Program-made: the position numbers and the translations under genes | Assembly: GCA_002688435.1 (NCBI GenBank) | Contig: NZCW01000030.1 | Span: 9,013 to 73,012, forward strand | Direction of reading: 5' to 3' | DNA length: 64,000 nucleotides | DNA from: Dehalococcoidales bacterium | GTDB taxonomy: Bacteria; Chloroflexota; Dehalococcoidia; Dehalococcoidales; RBG-16-60-22 | Shown: positions 48,677-59,118 of the stretch, in pieces | Position numbering within the stretch: position 1 is the first letter of the stretch | Layout: each line of letters starts with the position of its first letter | Notes under the pieces: model-generated | What the model was told of the DNA's origin: nothing | The model's database searches: none | What the model saw: the letters and a program-made list of their open reading frames with translations, nothing else

Positions 48677-49802
48677 TTCTACCCCATCCTAACCGGAAGA
48701 AGAATTTTGACCATAGCAGCACCAGTACGGCCAGTATGGTGAAATTGACGATAATCATAACCAATGTCCAAGGTAGGGTGTCCGGCCAAGAGGCCAGTAC
48801 CTGTATGGCGGTGATGATCAGATTGATGACGGCCAGCGGTAAGAGGAACTTCCAAGCGAGCGCCATCAGTTGGTCGATTCTTATCCTGGGTAGTGTCGTC
48901 CGCGTCCAGACCATGGTGAAGAAGACGGCCATTACCTTAGTGACGAACCAGAGCCAGGGCGGCAACAGGGGCCCTCGCCAGCCGCCGAGGAAGAGGGTGG
49001 TAATGATGGCGGCGATGGCGATGGCTTCGGCGTATTCTACCAGATAGAACATGGCGAATTTCATGCCTGAGTATTCGGTGTGAAAGCCGGCGACAATCTC
49101 GGAGTCAGCTTCCATCAGGTCGAAGGGGCTGCGGTTGATTTCGGCGCAGCCGGCGGCGAAAAAGAGGAAGAAACCTAGCGGCTGCAGTAGGATGAAGGGA
49201 ATGTCCTGGGCAATGACAATTCGGTTTAAGGATAGAGAGCCGGCGATGAGCACAACGCCGACAATAGCCAGTACCAAGGGCATCTCGTAGCTCACGATGG
49301 CGGCGACATTGCGCATCGCCCCGAGGAGAGAATACTTGTTGCTAGAAGCCCATCCGGCCATGAAGATGCCTACGGTGGAGACAGAGCTGATGGCCACAAT
49401 GTAGAGGATGCCGATATTCAGGTCGGCGAGGAGTGCGCCGTCCTGGAAAGGTATCACCGCGAAAAGCATCAGCGCCGGGGCGAAGGCCACCACCGGAGCT
49501 AGCCAGTGGACCAGCTTATCGGCTTTGACGGGCACGATGTTTTCTTTGAGCAGCACTTTTATGGCGTCGGCCACTGGCTGGAGCAGACCAAAAGGCCCGG
49601 TCCGGTTGGGGCCGAGACGGGACTGCATGCGTCCCATCCCTCGCCGCTCGATGTAGATAGCCCCCATGACCATAGTGAGGACAAAAGCGATGATGACTAC
49701 GGTAAAGAAAAGCCAGTGCCACCAGAACCCGCCCGGCCAGTCTGGGGGTACGGCCGGTATAAACACTTGGTGGTGGATACCGAAATTAAGTACTGGCATC
49801 AT
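48666..49802 (-). CDS. nuoH: Complex I subunit H
   Basis: [19 protein letters not shown] and [10 protein letters not shown]. Confidence 0.96.
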   Translation of the reverse strand: MMPVLNFGIHHQVFIPAVPPDWPGGFWWHWLFFTVVIIAFVLTMVMGAIYIERRGMGRMQSRLGPNRTGPFGLLQPVADAIKVLLKENIVPVKADKLVHWLAPVVAFAPALMLFAVIPFQDGALLADLNIGILYIVAISSVSTVGIFMAGWASSNKYSLLGAMRNVAAIVSYEMPLVLAIVGVVLIAGSLSLNRIVIAQDIPFILLQPLGFFLFFAAGCAEINRSPFDLMEADSEIVAGFHTEYSGMKFAMFYLVEYAEAIAIAAIITTLFLGGWRGPLLPPWLWFVTKVMAVFFTMVWTRTTLPRIRIDQLMALAWKFLLPLAVINLIITAIQVLASWPDTLPWTLVMIIVNFTILAVLVLLWSKFFFRLGWGRIEV

Positions 49803-50902
49803 CGGTCAATCTCACCTACAGTAATATCAATACTACCGAAGATAACAATCAAATCGGCTACCTTCCAGCCGCGTACCATATCACGGAGAGCGGTCAGGTT
49901 TATTAGGCTCGGGGGGCGGATATGGCAGCGGTAGGGGGCGATGGAATTGTCCGATACCAGATAGAAACCGAGCTCACCCTTTGGGGCTTCTAGGTGGGCA
50001 TAGGCTTCCCCGACTGGTGGGCGGATCAGGTGGGGTACCGCGGCTTTCACCGGTCCCGGGGGCAATTGTGTCATAGCCTGCTGGATGATGCGCAGGCTCT
50101 GTCGCATCTCGGCTACTCTTACTCGGTAGCGGTCATAGCAGTCACCAACGGTGCCGGTGGGGATGTCAAATTCAAAGCGGTCATAAATGGAGTAGGGGTC
50201 TGCCTGGCGGATATCCCATTTGACCCCGCTGGCACGGAGTACCGGGCCGCTAGCGGCGCAGTTAATCGCCTGCTCTCGGGTTAGAATGCCGACGCCCTTG
50301 GCGCGGGCCAGTAGTATCTCGTTCTGCATCAGCAGCCGGTCGTATTCATCAATGAAGCCTGGCATCTGCGCCACGAAGGTGCGTAGGGCGGGCAGGAATT
50401 CCTCGGGGATATCCTGGCTGACGCCGCCCACTCGTATATAGTTATAGGTAAGGCGCTGACCGCTGACCATCTCTAGGAGGTCGACAATTTTTTCCCTTTC
50501 CCGGAACATGTACATAAAAGGGGTGAAAAAAGCGCCGCAGTCGTTCAAAAAAGCGCCGACGGCAATAAGGAAAGCGGCGATGCGCTGCAGCTCGGCCATA
50601 ATGACCCTCAGGTATTCCGCCCGTTCCGGGACCTTTATACCCGCCAGCTTCTCCACGGCCAGGCAATAAGCCAAGTTATTATTCATTGAGGAGATGTAGT
50701 CTAGGCGGTCGGTCAGTGGGATTATCCCGGTGTAAGTGCGCTGCTCGGCCAGTTTCTCTACCCCGCGATGGAGATAGCCGAAGATCGGCTCAATATCCAC
50801 CACTACTTCCCCATCAAGGGTTGTCCGCATGCGGAATACTCCGTGGGTGCTGGGATGTACCGGACCCATATTGAGTACAAAAGGTTCTGTTTTCAGCGCC
50901 AT
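49799..50902 (-). CDS. nuoD: Complex I subunit D
   Basis: [27 protein letters not shown] and C-terminal GEIDR. No NiFe-hydrogenase CxxC motifs. Confidence 0.96.
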   Translation of the reverse strand: MALKTEPFVLNMGPVHPSTHGVFRMRTTLDGEVVVDIEPIFGYLHRGVEKLAEQRTYTGIIPLTDRLDYISSMNNNLAYCLAVEKLAGIKVPERAEYLRVIMAELQRIAAFLIAVGAFLNDCGAFFTPFMYMFREREKIVDLLEMVSGQRLTYNYIRVGGVSQDIPEEFLPALRTFVAQMPGFIDEYDRLLMQNEILLARAKGVGILTREQAINCAASGPVLRASGVKWDIRQADPYSIYDRFEFDIPTGTVGDCYDRYRVRVAEMRQSLRIIQQAMTQLPPGPVKAAVPHLIRPPVGEAYAHLEAPKGELGFYLVSDNSIAPYRCHIRPPSLINLTALRDMVRGWKVADLIVIFGSIDITVGEIDR

Positions 50903-51342
50903 TACCGAAAGTCCTTTCGCATGGGATGTCCGGCAAAGCCTTCCCAAAGGAAAATACGCTTCATATTGGGGTGCCCTTCAAAGTTAATCCCCATCAGGTC
51001 GTAGATTTCCCGCTCCTGAAAGTCAGCCCCTTGCCACAGACCAGTCACCGAAGGTAGGGTTGGGTCCTCCCGGTCAGCACAGTGGGTCTTCAGGACCAGG
51101 CTGTGATTATGTTCCAGGGAGCTTAACCGGTAGACGACTTCAAAATAGTGGTAATAATCAACGGCGGTGATGAAGTTGAGGTAATCAAAGTTAAGTTCTG
51201 GGGTATCTTTGAGGAAGGCGGCTACGGCTAGTAAAGACTCGTTTTTCACTACTAGGTAGTCCTGACCGGACTCGATAATGCTTTCCGGAAACTTCTCGGT
51301 AAGCTGGCGGGCTATTTCTTTGCCGGAAAGGACTGCTGTCAT
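50902..51342 (-). CDS. nuoC: Complex I subunit C
   Basis: [16 protein letters not shown] and GHPMRKDF. Confidence 0.96.
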   Translation of the reverse strand: MTAVLSGKEIARQLTEKFPESIIESGQDYLVVKNESLLAVAAFLKDTPELNFDYLNFITAVDYYHYFEVVYRLSSLEHNHSLVLKTHCADREDPTLPSVTGLWQGADFQEREIYDLMGINFEGHPNMKRIFLWEGFAGHPMRKDFR

Positions 51343-51348
51343 GCCTGT

Positions 51349-51957
51349 TTAATCTTTCCCTAGGGTTAAGTTTCTTCGCTTGGCTATCTTCTTTTGCAGC
51401 ATCTGTATGCCGTAAATTAGGGCTTCAGGGCGGGGAGGGCAGCCCGGGATATAGACATCAACTGGGATGATATGGTTATAGCCGGGAACCACGGCGTAAG
51501 GCGCTGAGGCGAAGATACCGCCGCTGATACCACAGGACCCCATGGCAATCACCCATTTTGGCTCCGCCATCTGGTTATAGATACGCTGGACATTAGGGGC
51601 CATCTTCCAGGTCAAGGTGCCGGCGGTAATCATCAGGTCAGCTTGGCGGGGCGAGGCGCGGAGGATTTCCATGCCAAAGCGCGCCAGGTCAAAACGGGGT
51701 CCGTTGGCGGCAATGAACTCAAAGGCGCAGCAGGCAGGGAAGCAGATGGCCGTCCAGAGGGAAGAGCGCCGTCCCCAGTTAATTAGGGCGTCCGCGGAAG
51801 TCAGGAGAATATTCTGGGACAGCTCCTCGTCAAGCCATTTATCAGGGTCGGGAATTGCCGGCTGGCTGTTTGCTTTCAGGTCTTCAATGCCTTGACCCTC
51901 TTCCCGGTCCAGCTCGATATCTGGGTAGATATAGGGCCGTATGTCGCCTACTTCCAT
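51349..51957 (-). CDS. nuoB: Complex I subunit B
   Basis: ACCAFE, SPRQADL and YIPGCPPRPE. Confidence 0.96.
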   Translation of the reverse strand: MEVGDIRPYIYPDIELDREEGQGIEDLKANSQPAIPDPDKWLDEELSQNILLTSADALINWGRRSSLWTAICFPACCAFEFIAANGPRFDLARFGMEILRASPRQADLMITAGTLTWKMAPNVQRIYNQMAEPKWVIAMGSCGISGGIFASAPYAVVPGYNHIIPVDVYIPGCPPRPEALIYGIQMLQKKIAKRRNLTLGKD

Positions 51958-52322
51958 TCTAGGACCTTCTTTCTCCAGGCGTAGATATAGCCAACAAAAA
52001 TGATGGTAATTAAGATTAAGATGGTAATGAGTCCGGAGATTCCTAACTGCCGGAGGCTAACCGCCCATGGATACAGGAAGATAACCAGGACGTCAAGGGC
52101 CAAAAATATCAGAACGTAAAAGTAATAGTGGAAGTTAAACTGGACCCAGGTCTTACCGATGGTCTCCATACCGCACTCAAAGATAGAGTTCTTAACGGGG
52201 TTGGGGTTATCGGGGACGATACGGAGAAATCGGAGAGCGATAGGGATGGTGACCATGAGAAGAGTGAAAAGGATAACGGCGATAAGAAACAGTCCGATGT
52301 AACCGTAGTTTGCGATCAACAA
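51948..52322 (-). CDS. nuoA: Complex I subunit A
   Basis: FECG, DVLVIFLYPWA and WRKKVLEW. Confidence 0.94.
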   Translation of the reverse strand: MLIANYGYIGLFLIAVILFTLLMVTIPIALRFLRIVPDNPNPVKNSIFECGMETIGKTWVQFNFHYYFYVLIFLALDVLVIFLYPWAVSLRQLGISGLITILILITIIFVGYIYAWRKKVLEWK

Positions 52323-52455
52323 AGGTCCTCGTTCTTTAAAAGTTGTTGCACCAGTATATCACACCCGATTGTTGGAAAGCAAGGATTTTAGAGGGCGGGT
52401 CCATGGTGGTTTTCTACGGAATTGACAAGTAATTTGGTAGCTGTATAAACTGGCT

Positions 52456-53742
52456 TTGATTGGAATGGTCAAACAATCGGCGTTTTTTTATGGGTGGGTC
52501 ATCGTCGGTATCAGTGTCGCTGGGATGGCCCTCATTTATGGCATCAGGCACTCTTTCGCCGTTTTCTTCCCCCCGGTTCTGGACGAGTTTGGCTGGAGTC
52601 GGGGTAGCACCGCCCTGATGCTGTCTCTGAACATCTTGGTCTACGGGTTCACTGCGCCGGTGGCGGGCAGCTTGGGCGACCGCTGGAAGCCGTACCGGGT
52701 GATGCCGATCGGTGTTGTTTTTCTCGGCCTGGCGACCGTCGGCTGCGCCTTTGCCCGCGAGTTGTGGCATTTTTACCTACTCTTCGGTTTTCTGATGCCC
52801 GTGGGGACTGCCTTCAGTGGTTGGCCGCTGCTGTGTCCGGCCTTAGCCAACTGGTTCTCAAAGCGGCGCGGGATGGTGATGGGGATAGGGCAGATGGGGG
52901 GTGGCCTTAGTTTCGTTTACGGTGTGTTCGTGGAGTTCGTCATCTTGCAATTGGGCTGGCGTTACGCTTTCTTCGTGGTGGCCGGTGTTCTGACGGCTAT
53001 CCTCCTGCCCCTGTATTTCTTCTTTTTCCACTATCGTCCGGAGGGTAAAGGCTTGAAAGCCTACGGCAGTGATGAATTGCCAGCTACCGGCGGCTTAACT
53101 CCAGACGTGGTCATCGGCCGAGGTTCTTCCATCAGTGACTGGACGCTAGGCCAGGCCGTGCGGACTTATCAGCTGTGGTGTCTGGTGGCAACTCAGTCGC
53201 TGTTCTGGGGTGTCGGCTGCTATATGGTGCTATCCCACCAGGTTCAGTTTACCCAGGACATGGGGTACAGTAGTACGTTTGCCGCTTCCATTTTTGCCCT
53301 CTTTGGCATTTTCATGATGGTAGGTCAGATCTCGGCGGCCATGTCTGACTGGATTGGCCGGGATAAGATGATGACGCTGGCCGTTGTCCTGTCCATCGGT
53401 GCCTTGGTTGCTTTGGTTTCGGTGCGGGACACTTCCCAACCCTGGCTCTTATATATCTATGCCATCCTATTAGGTTGTGGTGCCGGGCTTGTCGCCCCGG
53501 TAGTCTTTGCCGGGGCGGCTGACTTGTTTCACGGACGGCACTACGGCGTGATATCCGGTCTGATGCTGACCGGTTTCGGTATCGGCGGCGTTATCGGTCC
53601 CTGGCTGGGCGGTTATATCTATGACACTTCGGGCAGTTATATCAGTGCCTTTATTCTGTCAATGGTATGCTTTGGTATGGCTGGCATCACCTACTGGATA
53701 GCGGCACCGAGAAAGGCCGTCAAATTGCTTGCCCGGTCCTAG
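52456..53742 (+). CDS. MFS transporter (OFA/MCT-like)
   Basis: FFYGWVIV, NWFSKRRG and SDWIGR. TTGACA at 52422 upstream. Confidence 0.92.
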   Translation: MIGMVKQSAFFYGWVIVGISVAGMALIYGIRHSFAVFFPPVLDEFGWSRGSTALMLSLNILVYGFTAPVAGSLGDRWKPYRVMPIGVVFLGLATVGCAFARELWHFYLLFGFLMPVGTAFSGWPLLCPALANWFSKRRGMVMGIGQMGGGLSFVYGVFVEFVILQLGWRYAFFVVAGVLTAILLPLYFFFFHYRPEGKGLKAYGSDELPATGGLTPDVVIGRGSSISDWTLGQAVRTYQLWCLVATQSLFWGVGCYMVLSHQVQFTQDMGYSSTFAASIFALFGIFMMVGQISAAMSDWIGRDKMMTLAVVLSIGALVALVSVRDTSQPWLLYIYAILLGCGAGLVAPVVFAGAADLFHGRHYGVISGLMLTGFGIGGVIGPWLGGYIYDTSGSYISAFILSMVCFGMAGITYWIAAPRKAVKLLARS

Positions 53743-53822
53743 AGTTCGCCGTTCCCTCAAATTGACAATCAGCCTGATGGTTTTGTAAACTGGCGTCATT
53801 AAAGTATCTGCCCTGGAGAGAA

Positions 53823-55202
53823 GTGTTTATGACTATTAAAGATATTGGCCAGGAACTGGCTGGAGTTATCGGGAAATGTGATGCCGATTACGTGGAAGCG
53901 CATCTTGAGGAGAGCCAGACCAGCCATGTCGTCTACCGTGGCCGGGAACTGGACTCTATCGGGCGGGCTACGGCCATCGGCGGAAACGTACGGGCTATGG
54001 TGAAAGGCGGCTGGGGCTTCGTCAGCTTTAATGACCTGAATAATCTGCCGGAAAGGGTAGCCCTGGCCGTGAAGCAGGCCCGCTTTGTCGGCCGTGAGGC
54101 GAGCCAGCTGGTGGCGGCGGAACCGGTGGTGGCTACTGTGTCCGTGGAGGCGGATAGGGACCCGGTAGCCATACCGCTGGCGGAAAAGAAGCAACTGATG
54201 GATGAATACAACGATATCATCTGGCGTACTCCAGAGATACAGACGTCTACGGTGGGTTATGCCGATAGCCGCAAGCAGACTATTTTTTTGAGTTCGGCGG
54301 GTAGTTTTATTGAGCAGACAAGAGCCGATATTACCCTGCGCCTGGCGGCGGTAGCCGCCCGGGATGGCGATATCCAGCAGGTAGGGTTGAGCGTGGGCAG
54401 CCGCGGTGACTTTAGCATCTTGCAGAGTTACCATGACGAAGTAGCGCACATGGCAGAGCGTGCGGTGGTATTGCTCTCGGCACCGCAGATAAAAGGAGGG
54501 GAATACACCGTGGTGCTGGATCCGGTCTTGGCAGGTGTCTTTGTCCATGAAGCCTTCGGGCACCTGTCTGAGTCCGACTTTGTTTACGAAAACGAACGTG
54601 TGCGCCGGATTATGACTCTGGGGAGGCAGTTCGGTCACCCGGAATTGAATATTGTGGATACGGCCACGATACCGGGACTGCGGGGCAGCTACCAGTATGA
54701 TGACGAAGGTATGCCGGCCACTAGGACCTATCTTATCCGCGAGGGTAAACTGGTCGGTCGGCTCCACTCTAGGGAGACGGCGGCCAAAATGAATGAGAAA
54801 CCCACTGGTAATGCCCGGGCCATCAATCACCGCTATCCGCCCATTGTTCGCATGACCAATACCTATATCGAGCCGGGGGTAGTCTCCTTGGCCGATATGG
54901 TGGGTGGCATTAAAGAAGGGATTTACGCTAAAAACTGGTACGGCGGTACCACCAGTATGGAGATGTTCACTTTTTCGGCGGGGGAGGCCTATATGATACG
55001 CCACGGTAAAATTGCGGAGATGCTGCGCCCGGTGGTGCTGACCGGTAATGTGTTTAACACGCTGGAGAATATAGATGCCATAGGTGATGACCTGACGATG
55101 AACCAAGGTGGCGGTTGTGGTAAGGGAGGGCAGATGCCACTACCGGTGTCTAACGGCAGCCCGCACATTCGGATTAGCCGCTGCTTGGTGGGAGGCGGGT
55201 AA
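53823..55202 (+). CDS. tldD: TldD metalloprotease subunit
   Basis: HEAFGH, YDDEG, RMTNT and GCGKGGQ..PVS.GSP. Confidence 0.94.
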   Translation: MFMTIKDIGQELAGVIGKCDADYVEAHLEESQTSHVVYRGRELDSIGRATAIGGNVRAMVKGGWGFVSFNDLNNLPERVALAVKQARFVGREASQLVAAEPVVATVSVEADRDPVAIPLAEKKQLMDEYNDIIWRTPEIQTSTVGYADSRKQTIFLSSAGSFIEQTRADITLRLAAVAARDGDIQQVGLSVGSRGDFSILQSYHDEVAHMAERAVVLLSAPQIKGGEYTVVLDPVLAGVFVHEAFGHLSESDFVYENERVRRIMTLGRQFGHPELNIVDTATIPGLRGSYQYDDEGMPATRTYLIREGKLVGRLHSRETAAKMNEKPTGNARAINHRYPPIVRMTNTYIEPGVVSLADMVGGIKEGIYAKNWYGGTTSMEMFTFSAGEAYMIRHGKIAEMLRPVVLTGNVFNTLENIDAIGDDLTMNQGGGCGKGGQMPLPVSNGSPHIRISRCLVGGG

Positions 55203-56507
55203 GTGGAAGATCTTCTGGCTCAGGCGGTAGTAGCGGCCGAGGAAGCGGAGGTTTTTACTGTTTCTTCGGAAGGGACTCTGGTCCAGTTTGAGGCCAATCG
55301 GTTGAAGTACCTCCAGACGAAACAGCAGACCAGCGTGGCCCTGCGCCTTATCCGGCAGGGAAGGGTGGGGTATGCTACTACTACCGATATAGGTGAGCGC
55401 CGTAACCTGGTTAGTAATGCCGTGGAAACGGCGCAGTTCGGCATGCTGGCCGAGTTTCAGTTACCGGCGTCGGGCGTCTATTCGCCGGTGGCCGTCTTTG
55501 ACGCCGGGGTGGTATCGGTAGCAAATGAAGCCATGATTCAGCTCGGCGAGGAAATGGTCGCTTCGGTTACGGCGTATACCCCGGGTATTATCTGTGAGGC
55601 GGAAGTTGCCAAGGGTACGGTCTCGGTTAGTATCCGGAACTCTCGCGGGGGGCAGGCAGACTACCGGAAAAGTTATTTCAGCCTGGGCATCGAGGGCAGC
55701 CTGGTCAATGACACGGATATGCTCTTCGTCGGGGAAAGTGTCAGCTCCTGCCATCCTCTCTCGAATTCCGGAGCAGTCGCTGGGGCAGTGCTCCGCCAGC
55801 TTGAGCTGGCTAAAGACCGCGCCTCGGTGCCGAGTAAGTCTTTACCGGTGGTCTTTACCCCTGGCGGGGTAGCCAGCGCCCTGATAGAGCCTCTGATGGC
55901 GGCTTTTAACGGCAAAACGGTTTTAAAAGGAGCGTCGCCCATTGGTAATAAACTCGGGCAGGCGGTCTTTGACCGGAAATTCCGCCTGCGGGACGACCCG
56001 ACGGTGGGCTATCGCCCCAGCAGCCGTCCCTGTGACGATGAAGGCGTGCCCAGTCAGTGCACCACGTTGGTTGAAGAAGGAGTGGTGACCGGTTTTATTT
56101 ATGACCTGCAGACGGCGGCCATGGCTCATACTCACAGCACCGGTAACGGCAGCCGGAACCATGGCGGACTGCCGTTACCTGCACCCAGCGCTTTTGTCAT
56201 TGCCCCAGGGGATACTGATTTTACCGAGATGGTACAGGACATAAAGGAAGGACTGGTGGTGGAGCAGCTCATGGGTGCTGGGCAGGGTAATGTTCTGGGC
56301 GGTGATTTCAGCGGTAATGTCCTGCTGGGATATAAGGTGGAAAATGGTAAAATAGTGGGTAGGGTTAAAAATACTATGGTCTCGGGGAATATTTACCAGG
56401 CGCTGAAACAGGTGGCGGCTATCGGTCGGGAGGCCAAATGGGTGGACGGCTTTTTGCAGACACCACCTATCTATTGTCCTGGTCTTTCGGTGGCGAGTAA
56501 GAGATAA
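55203..56507 (+). CDS. pmbA: PmbA/TldE partner subunit
   Basis: DDEGVP, STGNG and GDFSG; lacks HExxH. Adjacent to tldD. Confidence 0.9.
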   Translation: MEDLLAQAVVAAEEAEVFTVSSEGTLVQFEANRLKYLQTKQQTSVALRLIRQGRVGYATTTDIGERRNLVSNAVETAQFGMLAEFQLPASGVYSPVAVFDAGVVSVANEAMIQLGEEMVASVTAYTPGIICEAEVAKGTVSVSIRNSRGGQADYRKSYFSLGIEGSLVNDTDMLFVGESVSSCHPLSNSGAVAGAVLRQLELAKDRASVPSKSLPVVFTPGGVASALIEPLMAAFNGKTVLKGASPIGNKLGQAVFDRKFRLRDDPTVGYRPSSRPCDDEGVPSQCTTLVEEGVVTGFIYDLQTAAMAHTHSTGNGSRNHGGLPLPAPSAFVIAPGDTDFTEMVQDIKEGLVVEQLMGAGQGNVLGGDFSGNVLLGYKVENGKIVGRVKNTMVSGNIYQALKQVAAIGREAKWVDGFLQTPPIYCPGLSVASKR

Positions 56508-56556
56508 AGGGGATGAGGTTACCTATAACCAGTAAGAGGCCGTTTAGCAACTCAAA

Positions 56557-56635
56557 TTGTCATTGAGGGTGAAGCGAAATAATCTCACTATTGCTTGCCA
56601 AGATTGCTTTGGTACCTCGTGCCTCGTAATGACAA
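56557..56635. repeat. Palindromic intergenic element TTGTCATT...AATGACAA
   Basis: Terminal inverted TTGTCATT/AATGACAA with inner AATCT/AGATT arms and GAAGCGAA. Confidence 0.7.
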
Positions 56636-56671
56636 CCAAACAATATCAGTAATAAAGGGAGGCGTGCTGAA

Positions 56672-57460
56672 ATGAAAAGATTGGTTAAATTTCGGGCTTA
56701 CCCTAGGCTCGATTCTCCGAATATGCTGGCGGCCTGGCCTGGCGTTGGTAACGTCGCCACCATAGTGGCTGCGTATCTGGAGAAGAAACTGGGTTTTAAA
56801 GAGCTGGGTGAGATTGAGGCTTCTCATTTCTTTGACCCCATCGGGGTACTGGTGAAAAACAGCGTTGTGGAAGCGCCCCAGTTCCCCCGGAGCAAGTTTT
56901 GCTACTGGAAAAATAAGGGCGGGGGGAGCGATATCATCCTGTTTATCGGTGAAGACCAGCCCGTCGCCAAAGGGTATGACCTGGCGCATTGTGTCCTTGA
57001 TGTCTGCGTAAAGTATCAGGTTAGCCGGGTCTATACCTGCGCGGCGGCGATGACTCGCATCCACCATACCGAAAAACCCGGTGTTCTGGGAGTGGCCACC
57101 AGCCAGCAGGCGGCCGCCGATCTGAAGAAATATGACCTGATATCGGCCAGTAACCTGCAGATTGCCGGGTTGAACGGGCTGTTGCTGGGGGTGGCCAAAG
57201 AAAGAGGTATCGATGGTGTCTGCCTGCTGGGTGAAGTGCCAACCTATGCTACTCGGATACAGAACCCGATGGCGGCTCTGGCGGTGCTTGAAGTCCTGGC
57301 GAGAATGCTGGGTGTAGAAATTGACCTGGACGAGCTGGCGCAGCTGGTCAGGGAGGCCAGGGAGAGAATGAAGCAGGTGGCCTCTCAGGCGATGGGAGAG
57401 TACATTGACTATTTTACCGAACCCATATGGGAGAAGGAAGAGGAAGAAGAAGAGGAGTAG
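56672..57460 (+). CDS. PAC2 (proteasome assembly chaperone) family protein
   Basis: AAWPGVGNVA, IAGLNGLLLG, GVCLLGE and an acidic C-tail. Confidence 0.85.
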   Translation: MKRLVKFRAYPRLDSPNMLAAWPGVGNVATIVAAYLEKKLGFKELGEIEASHFFDPIGVLVKNSVVEAPQFPRSKFCYWKNKGGGSDIILFIGEDQPVAKGYDLAHCVLDVCVKYQVSRVYTCAAAMTRIHHTEKPGVLGVATSQQAAADLKKYDLISASNLQIAGLNGLLLGVAKERGIDGVCLLGEVPTYATRIQNPMAALAVLEVLARMLGVEIDLDELAQLVREARERMKQVASQAMGEYIDYFTEPIWEKEEEEEEE

Positions 57461-57536
57461 GTAATGGCGGACCTGGTATTGGATGAGAGTGGTGGCAAGG
57501 CGGGTTTTTCAATTTGAAACTGCGGGGCACAATATT

Positions 57537-58070
57537 ATGATTATCGGCCGTAAAGTTAAGCTTCGTCAGAAAAAGTTATCCGATGCCCGTAGTGATTATA
57601 AATGGCAAACGGATACCGAACTGTTGCGACTTGATGCCATGCCGGCGCTGACGGCCTCTTTCCCGCAGTATTTACAGGGCTATACCAGCGAACTGCGTCG
57701 TCCCGCTCCGACCAGGCATATCTTCGCTGTGGAAACCGTTGGTGGCGAGCATATCGGTAACTGTGTCTACTATAACGTTGATGAAGCTAAGGGAGAGGTG
57801 GAACTAGGTATCATGATCGGCAACCGCGACTACTGGGGTGATGGCTACGGTGTGGATGCTGTGACCGTCTTGGTTAACCACATTTTTCGCCGGACGAAAA
57901 TCAGGCGAGTCTACCTGAAAACTCTGGACTGGAACCAGCGGGCGCAGAAGTGCTTCCTGAAATGCGGTTTTACGCCCTGCGGGCACATGGTTAAAGGCGG
58001 GTATAGTTTCGTGCTAATGGAGCTCTACCGCCTACAGTGGGAAACCGGGCCGATGGAGCGTGTTAAATAG
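57537..58070 (+). CDS. GNAT acetyltransferase (RimJ/RimL-like)
   Basis: ELGIMIG...YWGDGYG and NQRAQKCFLKCGF. Confidence 0.88.
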   Translation: MIIGRKVKLRQKKLSDARSDYKWQTDTELLRLDAMPALTASFPQYLQGYTSELRRPAPTRHIFAVETVGGEHIGNCVYYNVDEAKGEVELGIMIGNRDYWGDGYGVDAVTVLVNHIFRRTKIRRVYLKTLDWNQRAQKCFLKCGFTPCGHMVKGGYSFVLMELYRLQWETGPMERVK

Positions 58071-58080
58071 GGGGGCAAAG

Positions 58081-59118
58081 TTGAAAAAATCTGATAATCC
58101 CGCCATTGAGTGGCTCAGTAACCGGGTCCGTATCCTCGACCAGACCCGGCTCCCGCAGGCAGAGGTTTATCTGGAGCTAGGTGACTACCGGAGTATTGCC
58201 TCAGCCCTTACAGAATTGAAAATCAGGGGCGCGCCCGCTATCGGGGTAGCTGGAGCCTATGCCGTGGTCATGGGGGCGCTGAAAATTGAATCTACGGTGA
58301 GAGCCGAATTTCTGGAGAAGCTCCGGGCCGTCATCAGAACCATTGCCGACACCCGCCCCACCGCCCGAAATCTTTTCCGGGCGCTGGACCGCATGCGGCA
58401 GGTGGCCGAAGCTGGTGCGGACGTGGCCGAGATTAAAACCGCACTGGCGGACGAAGCCGTGAAAATTCATGACGGGGAAATGGCGGCAACCTTTGAGATA
58501 AGCCGGCACGGTGCTGCGCTGATAGAAGACGGTTTTACCGTCCTGACCCACTGCAATGCCGGGCCGCTGGCGACCACTGGTTACGGCACCGCCATCGGCG
58601 TTATTATGCGGGCAAAAGAGCAAGGTAAAAAGATAAAAGTCTTGGCCACCGAGACTCGTCCTCTGCTTCAGGGAGCGCGACTCACTACTTGGGAATTGAA
58701 GAAAGCGGGCATCCCGGCCACCCTGATTACCGATTCCATGGCTGGTTATTTCATGAGTAAAGGCGAGGTTGACTGCGTTATCGTCGGCGCCGATCGTATT
58801 GCCGCCAACGGTGACACCGCCAATAAGATTGGTACCTATACCCTGGCGGTGCTGGCCAGAGAAAATGATATTCCTTTTTACGTGGCGGTTCCCACTACCA
58901 CTATTGACCTTTCCTTGGCTATCGGAGATGAAATCCCCATTGAGCAGAGAAGTGAGGATGAGGTAACCCATATTTGGGAGGTGCGGATTGCTCCGGAGGG
59001 CGTGGCCGCGGCTAACCCCGCTTTTGATGTTACCCCCCACCGTTACCTCACCGCCCTCATTACGGAAAAAGGTATAATAAGGAGGAATTACGAGGAAGGA
59101 ATAAAAAAGATAATGTAA
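58081..59118 (+). CDS. mtnA: S-methyl-5-thioribose-1-phosphate isomerase
   Basis: LDQTRLP, IRGAPAIG, LTHCNAG, ETRPLLQGARLT and NPAFDVTP. Confidence 0.96.
   Translation: MKKSDNPAIEWLSNRVRILDQTRLPQAEVYLELGDYRSIASALTELKIRGAPAIGVAGAYAVVMGALKIESTVRAEFLEKLRAVIRTIADTRPTARNLFRALDRMRQVAEAGADVAEIKTALADEAVKIHDGEMAATFEISRHGAALIEDGFTVLTHCNAGPLATTGYGTAIGVIMRAKEQGKKIKVLATETRPLLQGARLTTWELKKAGIPATLITDSMAGYFMSKGEVDCVIVGADRIAANGDTANKIGTYTLAVLARENDIPFYVAVPTTTIDLSLAIGDEIPIEQRSEDEVTHIWEVRIAPEGVAAANPAFDVTPHRYLTALITEKGIIRRNYEEGIKKIM

Noticed and set aside
49799-51957. Group 4 NiFe hydrogenase instead of complex I
   Set aside because: The large subunit lacks both Ni-binding CxxC motifs and ends in GEIDR, and the small subunit has the NuoB tandem CC.
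53799-55106. 435-aa minus-strand ORF
   Set aside because: Antisense shadow of tldD with no recognisable motifs. The same applies to shadows such as 58201-59040, 30845-31504 and 14618-15238.
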